The notes under the pieces: model-generated
Seen by the model: the letters and a program-made list of their open reading frames with translations, nothing else
Told to the model about the DNA's origin: nothing
Databases searched by the model: none
Position numbers and translations under genes: made by a program
Source of the DNA: an uncultured Desulfobulbia bacterium
GTDB lineage: Bacteria > Desulfobacterota > Desulfobulbia > Desulfobulbales > S012-135
DNA: 64,000 nt
Direction: 5' to 3'
Assembly (NCBI GenBank): GCA_964423785.1
Contig: CAYRGZ010000001.1
Span: forward strand, 9,782-73,781
Part shown: in pieces, positions 35,360-46,028 of the stretch
How the letters are laid out: the number at the start of each line of letters is the position of its first letter
Numbering within the stretch: the first letter of the stretch is position 1

Positions 35360-36859
35360 TCAACTCTTCATCTCCCTGGGAGATATCCCGTACCGCTTCA
35401 TCTTGGCGTAAAGGGCGGTTTTGCCGATCTGCAGGGCTTGCGTAACCGCCTGGACGTTACCGTTGTGCAGCCGTAGGGCTCCGGCGATGATTTTACTCTC
35501 CAGGATGGCGAGCGATTCCTTGATGGGTTGAGCGAGCATTGCCGGAGTGATGGCAGCGAGTTCTTTGTTCAATATGCGGTTCTGGGTCGAGAAGTCCAGA
35601 TCTCGTACGGAGAGCGTGTTGGTTTTGGCCATGAGGACGGCGCGCTGGATGACGTTCTCCAACTCGCGAATATTGCCCGGCCAATCGTGTCGCAAGAGAA
35701 GATCGAGAATGTCGTTGGGGATGAATTCGATCTCCTTTTTGAAGGCGGTTCGGTACTTGCGGATGAAATGGGTGGTGAGTGGAATGATGTCTTCCTTGCG
35801 TTCGCGTAAGGGAGGCAGCCGCAGGTTGATGACATTGAGTCGGTAGAAGAGATCCCGGCGAAATCGGCCCTCCTCCACTGCGGCCATGAGATCGGCGTTG
35901 GTGGCGGCGATTACCCGAACGTCGACCTTGATGGGCGTGGTGCCGCCGACCCGGATGATCTCGCCGTTTTGCAGAACGCGCAAGAGAGCTGCCTGCATTT
36001 TGGGGCTGATGTCGCCGATTTCGTCCAGAAAGATGGTGCCGCCGTCAGCAATCTCGAATTTACCCTTGCGGCAGGTGACCGCACCGGTGAAGGCCCCTTT
36101 TTCGTAACCGAAGAGATCGCTTTCCAGCAGGCTCTCCGACACGGCGGCACAGTTGAATTTTAGATAGGTGCGGTTGGCCCGCGAGCTGTGCCGGTGGATG
36201 AGATCGGCGACTAATTCCTTGCCGGTGCCGGATTCGCCGGTGATGAGGACGGTGGCGTTGGTGTCTGCCACCTGGTAGATCATTTCCCGTAATTCGCGGA
36301 TGGCCTTGCTTTCGCCGACCATCTCGTCCGGTTTCTGGATTCGGCTGAGCTCTTTTTTCAGGATTGAGATTTCCTGGACGAGCAGGTCGCGGGTCTGTTC
36401 GCTCTCCTTCAGATCGCGAATTTTTTGTTCCAGAATCCGTTCGATGTTGGTGTTGAACTCGGCGATCTCGAGTTCATGCTGCTTGCGGGTGGTGATGTTG
36501 CGCATCGCCATCATCACCAGGGTGTCCCCCTGGTACCCCTCGAAGGGCGCGAAGGTGTATTCGACGTAGATGTCGCCGATCTTTTTCTCGATGAGTTCGT
36601 TATTCGTCTTTCCCTGCCGGCTGAGGTGGACCGGACAAACAGTGTCGCACGGCTCCCGCCGGTGGTGCATGACCTCGAAACATCGTTTGCCGCGCCAGTC
36701 GCCGAAGGTGTCGATGGCGCTCTTGTTCATATCCTCGATGATATAGTCTCCCCGGATCAGGAAGAACATGTCGGACATGATTTCGTAGAACGCCGCCCGG
36801 TTCCGGATCACCCGGTTCAGTTCATCCTTCGTCTTTTGGAGTTCCTGATGCGGATCCAT
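35360..36859 (-). CDS. Sigma-54-dependent transcriptional regulator (PAS sensor, AAA+, Fis-type HTH)
   Basis: [19 protein letters not shown] (Walker A), [15 protein letters not shown] (GAFTGA loop), C-terminal HTH ...[19 protein letters not shown] and an N-terminal PAS-like region. The first ATG is at 36859; the track start is TTG. Confidence 0.88.
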   Translation of the reverse strand: MDPHQELQKTKDELNRVIRNRAAFYEIMSDMFFLIRGDYIIEDMNKSAIDTFGDWRGKRCFEVMHHRREPCDTVCPVHLSRQGKTNNELIEKKIGDIYVEYTFAPFEGYQGDTLVMMAMRNITTRKQHELEIAEFNTNIERILEQKIRDLKESEQTRDLLVQEISILKKELSRIQKPDEMVGESKAIRELREMIYQVADTNATVLITGESGTGKELVADLIHRHSSRANRTYLKFNCAAVSESLLESDLFGYEKGAFTGAVTCRKGKFEIADGGTIFLDEIGDISPKMQAALLRVLQNGEIIRVGGTTPIKVDVRVIAATNADLMAAVEEGRFRRDLFYRLNVINLRLPPLRERKEDIIPLTTHFIRKYRTAFKKEIEFIPNDILDLLLRHDWPGNIRELENVIQRAVLMAKTNTLSVRDLDFSTQNRILNKELAAITPAMLAQPIKESLAILESKIIAGALRLHNGNVQAVTQALQIGKTALYAKMKRYGISPREMKS

Positions 36860-37128
36860 GCGATTCAGAGGCCAGAGAGTAGTATGGGTAGGAGACGGGA
36901 AATGGAAACCCGATATTTGCTGCCGGGTTGGGGACGTACCTTTCTTTTTGTTTATAGCGGATTTTTGTCGTTGGGACAATTGTAATTTCCGAAAAAACGG
37001 AAAAATTGATGATGCGTTTGGAGGAATCGCTATCAGTTGCCGGCTTGGGGCAGAAATACAAAGGGCCCTGATAGCCCGTTGAAAACGGCCGTCATGGCAT
37101 GGAGTTTTCGTCGGCCGGAAGCGGGATG

Positions 37129-38451
37129 CTAAGCCTGGACGATTTTGTCGTCGTCGGCAACCTGGTGGTAGACGCCGCGGGTATCGACGATGAGGCGGGC
37201 GTGACGGCGGATGAATTCGTAGTCGTAGGCCGAATGATCGGTGGCGATGAGCACGCAGTCGGCTCTTTCGATATTTTCCGCCGTGAGCGGCGTGCTCTCG
37301 TCAGTGTAGGAGTAGCGTCGGCCGGGCCAGAGGCGCGGAATGTGGGGATCGTTGTAGAGTACGGTGGCACCCTTGGCGGCCAAGAGATCCATCAGCTTGA
37401 AGGATGGCGATTCGCGTGGATCGTCGACATCCTTTTTGTAGGCGACACCGAGCAAGAGGATAGTTGCTCCCTTGATAGAGCGGCCTTGCTGATTCAGGGC
37501 CTCCATGGTGCGTTCCACCACGTAGTAGGGCATGGCGGTGTTGATCTCGCCGGCCAGCTCGATGAACCGGGTGGTGAAGTCGTACTCCCGCGCCTTGGAG
37601 GTGAGATAGAAGGGGTCGATGGGGATGCAGTGACCGCCGAGGCCGGGACCGGGGTAGAAGGGCATGTACCCGAAGGGCTTGGTGCTGGCCGCCTCGATGA
37701 CTTCGAAGACGTCGATGCCCATCCGGTGGCAGAGGATCTTAAGCTCGTTGACCAGGGCGATGTTGACAGAGCGGAAGATGTTTTCGAGCAGTTTGGTGAG
37801 CTCCGCCGCCTGGGTGGAAGAGACCGGCACCACCCGTTCCAGAGCGGTGCGATACAGCGCGGCGGCGAGGTCGGTGGAGTGCGGTCCGACCCCGCCCACC
37901 ACCTTGGGGATATTGGCGGTGGCGAATTTGGGGTTGCCGGGATCTTCCCGTTCCGGCGAGTAGGCGAGGGCGAAATCGACCTCCGCCGTAAGGCCGGCCG
38001 CCTCGAGGATCGGCTGCAAGACCTCCACCGTGGTGCCCGGGTAGGTGGTGCTCTCCAGGGTGACGAGCTGCCCCGGCCGCAGTACCTCGGCAATGGCCTT
38101 GGCGGTGGCCTCGACGTACTGCAGGTCGGGTTCGCGGTTCTTGGTAAGCGGGGTGGGCACGCAGATGAGCAGCGCGTCCGGTTCGCGCAATCGGGCAAAA
38201 TCGCTGGTGGCTGCAAATTTTCCCTCTTGCACGAAGCCGAACAGTTCGTCGGCCGGGATGTGCTTGATGTAGGACTCGCCCCGGTGGAGCTTTTCCACTT
38301 TGCCCCCGTCGAGGTCGAAACCGAGGACCGACACCCCTTTGCGTAAAAAGGTGAGCGACAGGGGAAGCCCCACATAGCCGAGACCGATGACGCCGAGAAG
38401 AAAGTCCCTGGATTCGATTTTCTTTGCCAGCGTGTCGAGGGGAGAAGTCAT
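37129..38451 (-). CDS. Nucleotide-sugar dehydrogenase (UDP-GlcNAc/ManNAc 6-dehydrogenase family, WbpA/TviB/WecC-like)
   Basis: N-terminal Rossmann motif [12 protein letters not shown] and full-length 440-aa UDPG_MGDP_dh architecture. Confidence 0.82.
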   Translation of the reverse strand: MTSPLDTLAKKIESRDFLLGVIGLGYVGLPLSLTFLRKGVSVLGFDLDGGKVEKLHRGESYIKHIPADELFGFVQEGKFAATSDFARLREPDALLICVPTPLTKNREPDLQYVEATAKAIAEVLRPGQLVTLESTTYPGTTVEVLQPILEAAGLTAEVDFALAYSPEREDPGNPKFATANIPKVVGGVGPHSTDLAAALYRTALERVVPVSSTQAAELTKLLENIFRSVNIALVNELKILCHRMGIDVFEVIEAASTKPFGYMPFYPGPGLGGHCIPIDPFYLTSKAREYDFTTRFIELAGEINTAMPYYVVERTMEALNQQGRSIKGATILLLGVAYKKDVDDPRESPSFKLMDLLAAKGATVLYNDPHIPRLWPGRRYSYTDESTPLTAENIERADCVLIATDHSAYDYEFIRRHARLIVDTRGVYHQVADDDKIVQA

Positions 38452-38500
38452 GGAGCAGCCTCCGGTTGGGAAGTGTGGGAGTCGTGAGAGTGAGAACCGA

Positions 38501-39460
38501 TCAACCCGCTCGGTCGCAATGCCAGGCCAGTGTCTTGGCGATGCCGGCCGTCAGGTCGTGGGCGGGGGCGAAACCGAGTTCTTGCCTGGCTTTGTCGATG
38601 ACGAGACAACTGCGCCGGATGTCGCCGGGCCGGGCCGGACCGCGGCCTGGGTTGCCGAGCTCGGCCGGGATGCTGGGTCGAGCCTCGCGTACGGCCTGGA
38701 AAATGATATCGAAGAGATCGGCGGTGCGGGTCGCCACGCCGGTGCCGATGTTGTACGCCTCACCCGAGCCCCGTTCCAGGGCCAGGAGGTTGGCCTGTAC
38801 CACATCGCCGACGAAGCAGTAGTCCCGGCTCATGCCGCGCGGCTCCTCGGGATAGTGGTAGATGGTGCACGGCTTGCCGGCCAACAGTCGGTCCATGAAC
38901 AGAGAGACGACGCCGGCCTCGCCGTGCGGCACCTGGCGGGGCCCGTAGACGTTGGCATAGCGCAGCACCGTGTAGTCGAGGCCGTACTGGTGCCGGTAGA
39001 AGGCGAGATACTGTTCCGAGACCGCCTTGGTGATCGCGTAAGGAGACAAAGGACGGGGCGGAGCGGCTTCGCTGGTTGGGTACTCGTCCGCCTCCCCGTA
39101 AATGGCGCCGCCCGAGGAGATGAAGATCACCTTGCTCACCCCGGTCTTGCGGCTTGCTTCCAGCAAGTTGATGAGTCCACGGACGTTGACGTCGGCGTCG
39201 AAGTCCGGGTCATCCACCGACGCGGGCACCGACATCTGGGCCGCGTGGTGGTTGACCACATCGAACCGTTCCCGTTCGAATACCTTGTGGATTTCGGAGG
39301 CCCGCACGTCCATGAGATAGAACCGGGCGCGGGGGGTGATGTTTTCCCACTTGCCGGTGAACAGGTTGTCGATGACCACTACCTGGTGGCCGGCCTCGAT
39401 GTAGGCATCGACGACGTTGGAGCCGATGAAGCCGGCGCCGCCGGTAACGAGAATTTTCAT
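38501..39460 (-). CDS. NAD-dependent nucleotide-sugar epimerase/dehydratase (SDR)
   Basis: MKILVTGGAGFIGSNVVDAYIEAGHQVVVIDNL... plus the SDR catalytic YxxxK region (SPYAITK). Confidence 0.85.
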   Translation of the reverse strand: MKILVTGGAGFIGSNVVDAYIEAGHQVVVIDNLFTGKWENITPRARFYLMDVRASEIHKVFERERFDVVNHHAAQMSVPASVDDPDFDADVNVRGLINLLEASRKTGVSKVIFISSGGAIYGEADEYPTSEAAPPRPLSPYAITKAVSEQYLAFYRHQYGLDYTVLRYANVYGPRQVPHGEAGVVSLFMDRLLAGKPCTIYHYPEEPRGMSRDYCFVGDVVQANLLALERGSGEAYNIGTGVATRTADLFDIIFQAVREARPSIPAELGNPGRGPARPGDIRRSCLVIDKARQELGFAPAHDLTAGIAKTLAWHCDRAG

Positions 39461-39487
39461 GGTTTGTCTCCGCTTACTGCCCTGTTG

Positions 39488-41323
39488 CTATTCCACGGTC
39501 ACCGATTTTGCCAGGTTGCGCGGCTGGTCCACGTCGCAGCCGCGGCGGTTGGCGATCTGGTAGGCGAGGAGTTGCAGGGGGAGGACGTAGAGAATGGGGT
39601 TCAAGTCCTCGTGGATGGCCGGCAAGGTGATGGTGGCCTCGGCGAGTTGGTCGAGTTTGGCATCCCCCTCGGTGCCCACCAGGATGAGCCGACCGCGGCG
39701 GGCCTTGACCTCTTCGACGTTGGAAATGATCTTCTGGTAGACACTGTCGCGGGGCACGAGAGCCAAGACCGGCATGTCGCGGTCGATGAGGGCGATGGGA
39801 CCGTGTTTGAGTTCGCCGGCTGCGTATCCTTCGGCGTGGATGTAGGAGATCTCTTTCAGTTTCAGGGCCCCTTCCAGAGCGATGGGAAAATTGCAGCCCC
39901 GGCCGAGATAGAGAAAATCCCGGCAATGCATGTAGGTTTCGGCAAGTTCTTCCACCTTGTCTTCCAGGCGGGGCAGTTCCTCCTCGAGGATCTGGGGCAG
40001 GTCGAGGAGCTGGTCGGCGAGCGTTTTACGGGTGGCGGTGTCCAGGGTGCCGCGCTCTTGGGCAAGAAACAGGGTGAGGAGGAAGAGAGCGGTGAGCTGG
40101 CTGGTGAATGCCTTGGTGGATGCCACGCCGATCTCGGGGCCGGCATGGGTGTAGATCGTACCATGCGCCTCCCGGGTGATGGTGGAGCCCACCACGTTGC
40201 AGATGCCAACGATCTTGGCGCCGAGGTCCTTTGCTAATCGAAGGCCGGCCAGAGTGTCCGCCGTTTCTCCGGATTGGGAGATGGGAATTACCAAGGTGGA
40301 GGAATCGACGAGCAGGGTGCGGTAACGGAATTCCGAGGCGATATCCACTTCCACCGGAATACGGGCGTATTTCTCGATCCAGTATTTGCCGACGAGGGCG
40401 GCATGCCAGGAGGTGCCGCAGGCGACGAAGGCGATGCGCGAAATTTTCTTGAGTTCGTCCGGAGAGAGACCGATTTCCGGCAATTGTACCTCTCCGGTCT
40501 CCGGATCAAGCCGGCCCCGGAAGGTGTTGAGTACCGCCTGAGGCTGCTCGTGGATCTCCTTGAGCATGAAATGCTTGTAGCCGGCCTTCTCGGCCATGCC
40601 GGCGCTCCATTCGATGGTGGTCGGCTTTTTCGTCACCGGCGTGCCGCTTGCAGCTTCCAATACCATGATACGGCCTGCCTCAAGGATGGCGAGTTCCCCG
40701 TCGTCGAGAAAGATCACCTCGCGGGTGTACGGTAACAGGGCCGGAATATCCGAGGCCAGGAACGATGCCTTGTCGCTGATGCCGAGCACGAGCGGGCTCT
40801 GGTGGCGGACCGCCACCAGCCGGTCGGGGCAATCGGCGGCGATCACCCCCAGGGCGTAGGAGCCCTCCACCCGGGCGACGGCGGCCCGCACGGCGGCCAC
40901 CAAGTCGGTGGTGAAATGTTCTTCGATGAGGTGGGCCAGGACCTCGGTATCGGTATCCGAGCTGAACCGGTGGCCACGATCCATGAGTTCCTGACGCAGG
41001 GAATGATAGTTTTCGATGATGCCGTTGTGGACGATGACCAGACGGCCGGTGCAGTCGGCGTGCGGATGGGCATTGTCCTCGCACGGGGCGCCGTGGGTGG
41101 CCCAACGGGTATGGCCGAGCCCGAGGGTGGCGCGGGTTTCCACCTCGTCCATCCGTTCTTCCAGATTGGCGAGCTTTCCCGCGCACCGGTAGCGGTGGAG
41201 TTCACCGTGTTCGAAAAAAACGATACCGGCGGAGTCGTACCCCCGGTACTCGAGTCGTTTGAGCCCTTCGAGGAGCACGGGAACCGCCCGGCGATTGCCG
41301 ATATAGCCAACGATGCCGCACAT
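39488..41323 (-). CDS. glmS: Glutamine--fructose-6-phosphate aminotransferase
   Basis: MCGIVGYIG N-terminal nucleophile Cys, two SIS domains and the C-terminal ...PRNLAKSVTVE. 611 aa. Confidence 0.95.
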   Translation of the reverse strand: MCGIVGYIGNRRAVPVLLEGLKRLEYRGYDSAGIVFFEHGELHRYRCAGKLANLEERMDEVETRATLGLGHTRWATHGAPCEDNAHPHADCTGRLVIVHNGIIENYHSLRQELMDRGHRFSSDTDTEVLAHLIEEHFTTDLVAAVRAAVARVEGSYALGVIAADCPDRLVAVRHQSPLVLGISDKASFLASDIPALLPYTREVIFLDDGELAILEAGRIMVLEAASGTPVTKKPTTIEWSAGMAEKAGYKHFMLKEIHEQPQAVLNTFRGRLDPETGEVQLPEIGLSPDELKKISRIAFVACGTSWHAALVGKYWIEKYARIPVEVDIASEFRYRTLLVDSSTLVIPISQSGETADTLAGLRLAKDLGAKIVGICNVVGSTITREAHGTIYTHAGPEIGVASTKAFTSQLTALFLLTLFLAQERGTLDTATRKTLADQLLDLPQILEEELPRLEDKVEELAETYMHCRDFLYLGRGCNFPIALEGALKLKEISYIHAEGYAAGELKHGPIALIDRDMPVLALVPRDSVYQKIISNVEEVKARRGRLILVGTEGDAKLDQLAEATITLPAIHEDLNPILYVLPLQLLAYQIANRRGCDVDQPRNLAKSVTVE

Positions 41324-41350
41324 ACGAGGGTGTCCTTTTTGGTGTCCTTT

Positions 41351-42253
41351 TTATCGTGAAGAGGTTGCTGGAGCAGTGTACGTGTCGCTACTGTAGTAGC
41401 CGTAACCGTAATAGCCGTAATAGCCCTTTTTGTAAAGGGCGCGATCAAGGCTGCTCAACTGGTAGGCATTGAAAACGACGCCGAGGATCTTGTCCCGGCC
41501 GATGCTTTCCACCAGGGTTTTCACCTGCTCGCGGCCGGATTTTCCCCAGCGGACCACCAGGATCACTGCATCGACGTGCCGGGCCAGGACCGCGGTTTCG
41601 GCTGCCGCCTGGGCCGGGGGGCTGTCGAAGAAGAGGTAGCGGTCCGGGTAGCGGGCCGCCATCTCCATGATCGTGTGTTGCATGACCGTGGAATCGAGGA
41701 GTTCCGCCGGGTTGGGGACCGTGGGACCGCTGGGGATGACCGACAGCTTCGGCTGACCGGTCTTGTGGATGAGGGCAGCGAGCGGCGTCTCTCCCCGCAG
41801 ATAATTGGAGAGCCCCTTGTCGTTGGGGAGGCCGAACAGGGAGGCCAGGGTCGGCCGCCGCAAATCGCAATCGACCAGCAGGCAGTGTTGCTCCAGTCCT
41901 TGCGCGAGGTTGATACCCAGGTTGGCGCAAATAAAACTTTTCCCTTCTTCCGGCACGGCACTGGTCACCAGGATGGTGCGGGGCGGTTGGCCGGAAGGCG
42001 GGTGCAGGATGGCGTTGCGTACCTTGCGGAAACTTTCCGATGCCGCGGACAGGGGTTTGCTGGCAAGCCGCAACCGGGCGTCCCACCGTTCCACGGTGGT
42101 GGCCGGTGGCGGTTGGGCCGCGCCGGCGGCCGGTTGCGGCCTCGGAGACGGGGGCGGGGGCGCCGGTTGCTCGGTATCGGGTTGCGGTGGAGATGAAGCC
42201 GGGGCGACGGGGGTACCGGTCGCCTTGGCGAGAGCCTGATCTATTTTGCCCAT
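41351..42253 (-). CDS. Polysaccharide-biosynthesis tyrosine autokinase (BY-kinase, EpsG/CapB-like)
   Basis: Walker A VTSAVPEEGKSF, Walker A' LLVDCDLRRP, Walker B YLFFDSPP and a C-terminal Tyr cluster YKKGYYGYYGYGYYSSDTY. Confidence 0.85.
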   Translation of the reverse strand: MGKIDQALAKATGTPVAPASSPPQPDTEQPAPPPPSPRPQPAAGAAQPPPATTVERWDARLRLASKPLSAASESFRKVRNAILHPPSGQPPRTILVTSAVPEEGKSFICANLGINLAQGLEQHCLLVDCDLRRPTLASLFGLPNDKGLSNYLRGETPLAALIHKTGQPKLSVIPSGPTVPNPAELLDSTVMQHTIMEMAARYPDRYLFFDSPPAQAAAETAVLARHVDAVILVVRWGKSGREQVKTLVESIGRDKILGVVFNAYQLSSLDRALYKKGYYGYYGYGYYSSDTYTAPATSSR

Positions 42254-42311
42254 GGGTTCTCCAACAAAAGTTGGTTGAAAGAAAGGGTGCCGTTACCGCG
42301 GTGTCAGTGGG

Positions 42312-43886
42312 TCAGAGAAGGAGAATACCCTTTTTCCAGAGGAAGAAGGCGGCGCCCACGAGTCCGCCGGCGCTGGCGGCGAATACCACGAACCAGAGGA
42401 TGCCGACCAGTCTGGCCTGGCGCTGTTCGCTCTCTGTGGCGATCAGCGGCACCGAGCAGACGATGGGCAACTCCAGGTACGATTCCAGGTCGTAGGCGTC
42501 CTTGAACGAGGTGTCGAGGGACTCGAGCCCGAAGGCGATACCGCCGCCGAGCCCGAGCCCGAGGGCAACGGCCACGGCCATGATCTTGAGCAAGTCGGGT
42601 TTGAAGGGTTTTTCCGGCAGGCGGGCCGGGTCGACGATGCGGAACTGGCTGCCCTTCTGCCGTTGTTCGATGTTTTTTATCGATTCGGCCTCGAGGCTCC
42701 GCGACACCAGTTCCTGGTAATACTTGTTCAGTTGTTCGTAATCGCGGGTCAGGGCGGCCCATTCCGCCTCCCGGACCGGCGCGGCGGCGATCCATTGCTG
42801 ATAGGTCTCGATCTGTTTGCGGATCGCGGCGGCCTCTTTCTTGAGCTGGGCCATGCTGATGTCGATGTCTTTCAGCTGCAGCTCGAGCTGGGTGAGTTGG
42901 GTGTCCGCCGGCGGGTTGGTTGGGATACCCTCCGTCTGGTCGCCGGCCGAGGGAACCAGGGCCTTGAGCTTGGCCTCCAGTGCGGCGATGGTCTTGCGGG
43001 TCCGCTTGACCTCGGGATGTTCCTCGGTGTAGCGGGCCAGAAGACCGGCGAGGTCGGCCTGGAGCCGCTCCAGTTCCCGTCGGGTCTGGGCGTAGGTCCT
43101 CGCCTGTTCATCTTCTGTGGCGGGCAAATCGGCCAGGAGGGGCTGACGGAGCAGATTTTTACGCAAGGTTATTTGCTCCTGGACCATGATCTTGGTCCGC
43201 TCCAGTTCCTGCATACTGGCCTGGATATTCTGGTAGGAGTTCTGCAGGGCGTTCAGGCGACTGATATTGGTCTGCCGCTGCTCCGGCATCTCGTTGTAGT
43301 ATTTCAGCTTGTAGTCGCGCATGGCCGCTTCCTTTTCCTGCAGGGCCTTCTTGGCCATGGCGAGTTCATCCTTGATGTAGGCCGTGGTCTCCGTGGCCCG
43401 TTCCTCCCGGTAGCGCAGGTTTTCCTCGACGAACTTGGCGGCCAGCTCGTTTGCCACCCGCATCACCGTGCGGGGATCACTGCCCTGGTAGGAGACCTTG
43501 AAGGTGTCGCCCCGATCGACCTTGATCTCGATATGCTTCGAGCGCATGATGTCGATGACGTCCTCGAGGGGCAGCTGCTGGAGGGTCTCCTGGTAGAGCC
43601 CGTACTTCTTGATGATCGCCTCCAGGTTGGTGCGGCTCAAGACCTGTTCCTGCAGGGTGGAGACGATTTCCTTGGTGCGGGAGACTACGTCCGGCGACAT
43701 CTTGGCCGGGTTGATCTTCTGGCGCTGGTAGACCAGCAGAGCGGTGGCCTGGTACACCTTGGGCGTGATGGCATAGAAGGCCAGGCCGCCCGCCAGGGCG
43801 ACGAGCAGGCAGGCGACGATGGTCTTTTTCCAGCGCAGGACGATATCGAGGTAGCGTTTGATCTGTTGCTGTTGGCGCGGGTCCAT
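42312..43886 (-). CDS. Polysaccharide chain-length determinant (Wzz/PCP, EpsF-like)
   Basis: N-terminal Wzz motif plus TM helix (WKKTIVACLLVALAGGLAFYAITP), a long coiled-coil periplasmic region and a C-terminal TM helix. Confidence 0.8.
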   Translation of the reverse strand: MDPRQQQQIKRYLDIVLRWKKTIVACLLVALAGGLAFYAITPKVYQATALLVYQRQKINPAKMSPDVVSRTKEIVSTLQEQVLSRTNLEAIIKKYGLYQETLQQLPLEDVIDIMRSKHIEIKVDRGDTFKVSYQGSDPRTVMRVANELAAKFVEENLRYREERATETTAYIKDELAMAKKALQEKEAAMRDYKLKYYNEMPEQRQTNISRLNALQNSYQNIQASMQELERTKIMVQEQITLRKNLLRQPLLADLPATEDEQARTYAQTRRELERLQADLAGLLARYTEEHPEVKRTRKTIAALEAKLKALVPSAGDQTEGIPTNPPADTQLTQLELQLKDIDISMAQLKKEAAAIRKQIETYQQWIAAAPVREAEWAALTRDYEQLNKYYQELVSRSLEAESIKNIEQRQKGSQFRIVDPARLPEKPFKPDLLKIMAVAVALGLGLGGGIAFGLESLDTSFKDAYDLESYLELPIVCSVPLIATESEQRQARLVGILWFVVFAASAGGLVGAAFFLWKKGILLL

Positions 43887-43932
43887 GCTTGGTTACGGGG
43901 TGAGGGTTGGGAATGGTCGGCCGTCTGCCGGT

Positions 43933-45204
43933 CTAGCCTTTCCAGAGATCCTTGCTGAACGACACGGTTAGATAGAGCCGATGGTCAGTGTAGTCGTTGA
44001 ACGGCTGGTCGGCATCCACCTTGCGGTAGGCGTACCGCAGGCCCAGGGAGTGCCAGCGGCCCGCCTGCCAGGTGAGACCGGCCTTCCCTTCGTAGGTGGT
44101 TTCTTTCTCGGCCGGCGTTCGCTCCAGGTAATCATCCACCCGCACGGCCACCCCGGCATCTCCGGTCAGCCGCCGGGCCAGCTCCAGGTTGATGTTGCCG
44201 GTCAGGGACCAGAAGCGGGTGATGCCGTCGTTGTCGCCGTTGAATTCCTGCCCGGTGAAACCGCCCTCGCCGGTCAGGGTCAGCGATCCCTGGACCAGGG
44301 CGCGATCGAGGGACAGCCGGTAGGAGAAGGAGTCGTCATCGGTCCCGGCGGTCCGGTCGGTGGCCGACCAGCCCACCGCCGCCGTCAAGGAGGTGGTGGC
44401 CGAAATCTGCGCCTGGTAGCCGAGATGCCCCCTTGTGGTGCTGTAGTCGATACGACTGCCGTCGTAATCGGTGACGGTTCGTGACAGTTCGGCGAAGAGT
44501 TGGCGGTGGGGATCGAGGTGGTAGAAGAGACCGGCGGTGGTCTCGTGCCGGACCAAATCGTCGCCTTGATCGAAATCGCCCACGGTGTGGGCAACGGTCA
44601 ACCGGCCGCTCCACTGCGGATTCCAGCGGTAGTTCAGGACCAGGTACGGTTCGTGGCGCTGGTAGTCGCTGTCGGCAAAGGCCCGGTTGTCGAGGATCGT
44701 GTGCCGGTAGCCGACCTCCAGGCTGGTGTCGCGTTCCAGCTCCCAGGTGACGGCTAGGTCGAGGGCGTTGTGCCAGTAGGTGCGTCGCTGCCGGTTGTCG
44801 GTAAGGGTCGGCTGGCCGTCGGCGGCGAGTTCTTGTTGCGCCAGCGTGGTATCGTCCGTCTTGGTGTACGCCTCCCGGACAGCGAGCCGGATGGTACGGC
44901 TGGCGGCGAGCCCAGCCGCCGCCGACAACCGGTGTTCCATGTGCGAGTCGTCGAGGCGGTGGTTGTAAACCAGGCTCGGAGCGTACCGCAACTCCAGGGT
45001 CCGGGTCGGGGCGGAGTATCGGAGACGTAGGAAGGGTTCCAGGGCCGTGGTCCATTCCGTGGTCTCGCTCGCCGCCGTCCGCTCGATGTTGGAGTCGAAT
45101 CCCTGGCGCAGGGTGAGCCCGCCGGAGAGCACGTTCGTACCGGCGGCGGCGGGCGGAATGGTCAACAGTAGGCAGGTTGCGGCAGAGACGATCGTTTTTT
45201 TCAT
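43933..45204 (-). CDS. Putative outer-membrane beta-barrel protein of the EPS locus (EpsL-like)
   Basis: ATG at 45204 with signal peptide MKKTIVSAATCLLLTIPPAAA. Alternating-residue beta-strand pattern throughout, with a C-terminal aromatic (..LYLTVSFSKDLWKG). Confidence 0.6.
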   Translation of the reverse strand: MKKTIVSAATCLLLTIPPAAAGTNVLSGGLTLRQGFDSNIERTAASETTEWTTALEPFLRLRYSAPTRTLELRYAPSLVYNHRLDDSHMEHRLSAAAGLAASRTIRLAVREAYTKTDDTTLAQQELAADGQPTLTDNRQRRTYWHNALDLAVTWELERDTSLEVGYRHTILDNRAFADSDYQRHEPYLVLNYRWNPQWSGRLTVAHTVGDFDQGDDLVRHETTAGLFYHLDPHRQLFAELSRTVTDYDGSRIDYSTTRGHLGYQAQISATTSLTAAVGWSATDRTAGTDDDSFSYRLSLDRALVQGSLTLTGEGGFTGQEFNGDNDGITRFWSLTGNINLELARRLTGDAGVAVRVDDYLERTPAEKETTYEGKAGLTWQAGRWHSLGLRYAYRKVDADQPFNDYTDHRLYLTVSFSKDLWKG

Positions 45205-45238
45205 GGCGATTTCCAAGCGCGGCTCAAGGGAAAGGCGG

Positions 45239-45796
45239 TCATGGAACGACAATGGTGTCGCCGGGGGCCACGATCAGGTTCTGGCCCGGATTGGCACCCT
45301 TGATCACTGCTTCGTAGTTGAAGGGCAAAAGCTGCTCGCGGTCTCCGGTGCGCCGCACGATGACGATCCGGTCCTTCTTGGCCCATTCCTGGAAGCCGCC
45401 GGCCTTGGCGATGGCCTGCAGGACGGTGATCGGATAGTCGATGGCGAATTCACCCGGCTGGTTGACCATACCGATGACGTAGTAGCGGCGGCTGGTGCTC
45501 TCCACCAGGATCACCGACACCGCCGGTTCGGTGATGTATTTCGTGAGCCGTTCCTTGATGGCGACCGCCACCTCGTCGGGGGTGCGACCGGCGGCCTGGA
45601 TATCGCCCACCAGCGGCAGGGAGATCCGGCCGTCCAGGCGAACCTTGACCTGGCGAGAGAGGTCCGGCTCCTTCCAGACCTGCACCTCGATGACGTCGCC
45701 GAGGCCGATGCGGTACGGTTCAAGCGTAGTAGTCGCCGTCAAGCCCTGTGATGTAAGCAATACGAGTGCCAGCACCAAAAAAACGATTGATTTCAC
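45239..45796 (-). CDS. Polysaccharide export protein (Wza/EpsE-like, Poly_export + SLBB)
   Basis: GTG start preceded by AAGGAGG. A signal peptide, then PYRIGLGDVIEVQVWKEPDLSRQVKVRLDGRISLPLVGDIQAAGRTPDEV. Confidence 0.82.
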   Translation of the reverse strand: MKSIVFLVLALVLLTSQGLTATTTLEPYRIGLGDVIEVQVWKEPDLSRQVKVRLDGRISLPLVGDIQAAGRTPDEVAVAIKERLTKYITEPAVSVILVESTSRRYYVIGMVNQPGEFAIDYPITVLQAIAKAGGFQEWAKKDRIVIVRRTGDREQLLPFNYEAVIKGANPGQNLIVAPGDTIVVP

Positions 45797-46028
45797 TTTA
45801 TTGCCTCCTTCGGAACGGCGAGGAGACCGGAGGGCGTTCGGAAAGCCGGATTTTTTTGTTCAAAAAAACGGAATAACGCAAATGCCCTTTGTCTCCGGAT
45901 TGGTAACCCACCAGAATCAAAAAGTGGTGTCCCATTATAACCCAAATCTGTTATCATGTGTCGTACTAGGGTGCAATCGGTTTGTGGGGTATCTGCGGCA
46001 TGTTACTATTTTATGAGAGGGAGCAACG

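Noticed and set aside
38387-40237. 616-aa plus-strand ORF
   Set aside because: It is antisense to the well-supported epimerase and glmS genes. The composition is low-complexity and Gly/Ala/Val/Arg-rich, typical of shadow ORFs in GC-rich DNA.
42663-43958. 431-aa plus-strand ORF
   Set aside because: It is antisense to the Wzz/PCP gene and has shadow-ORF composition.
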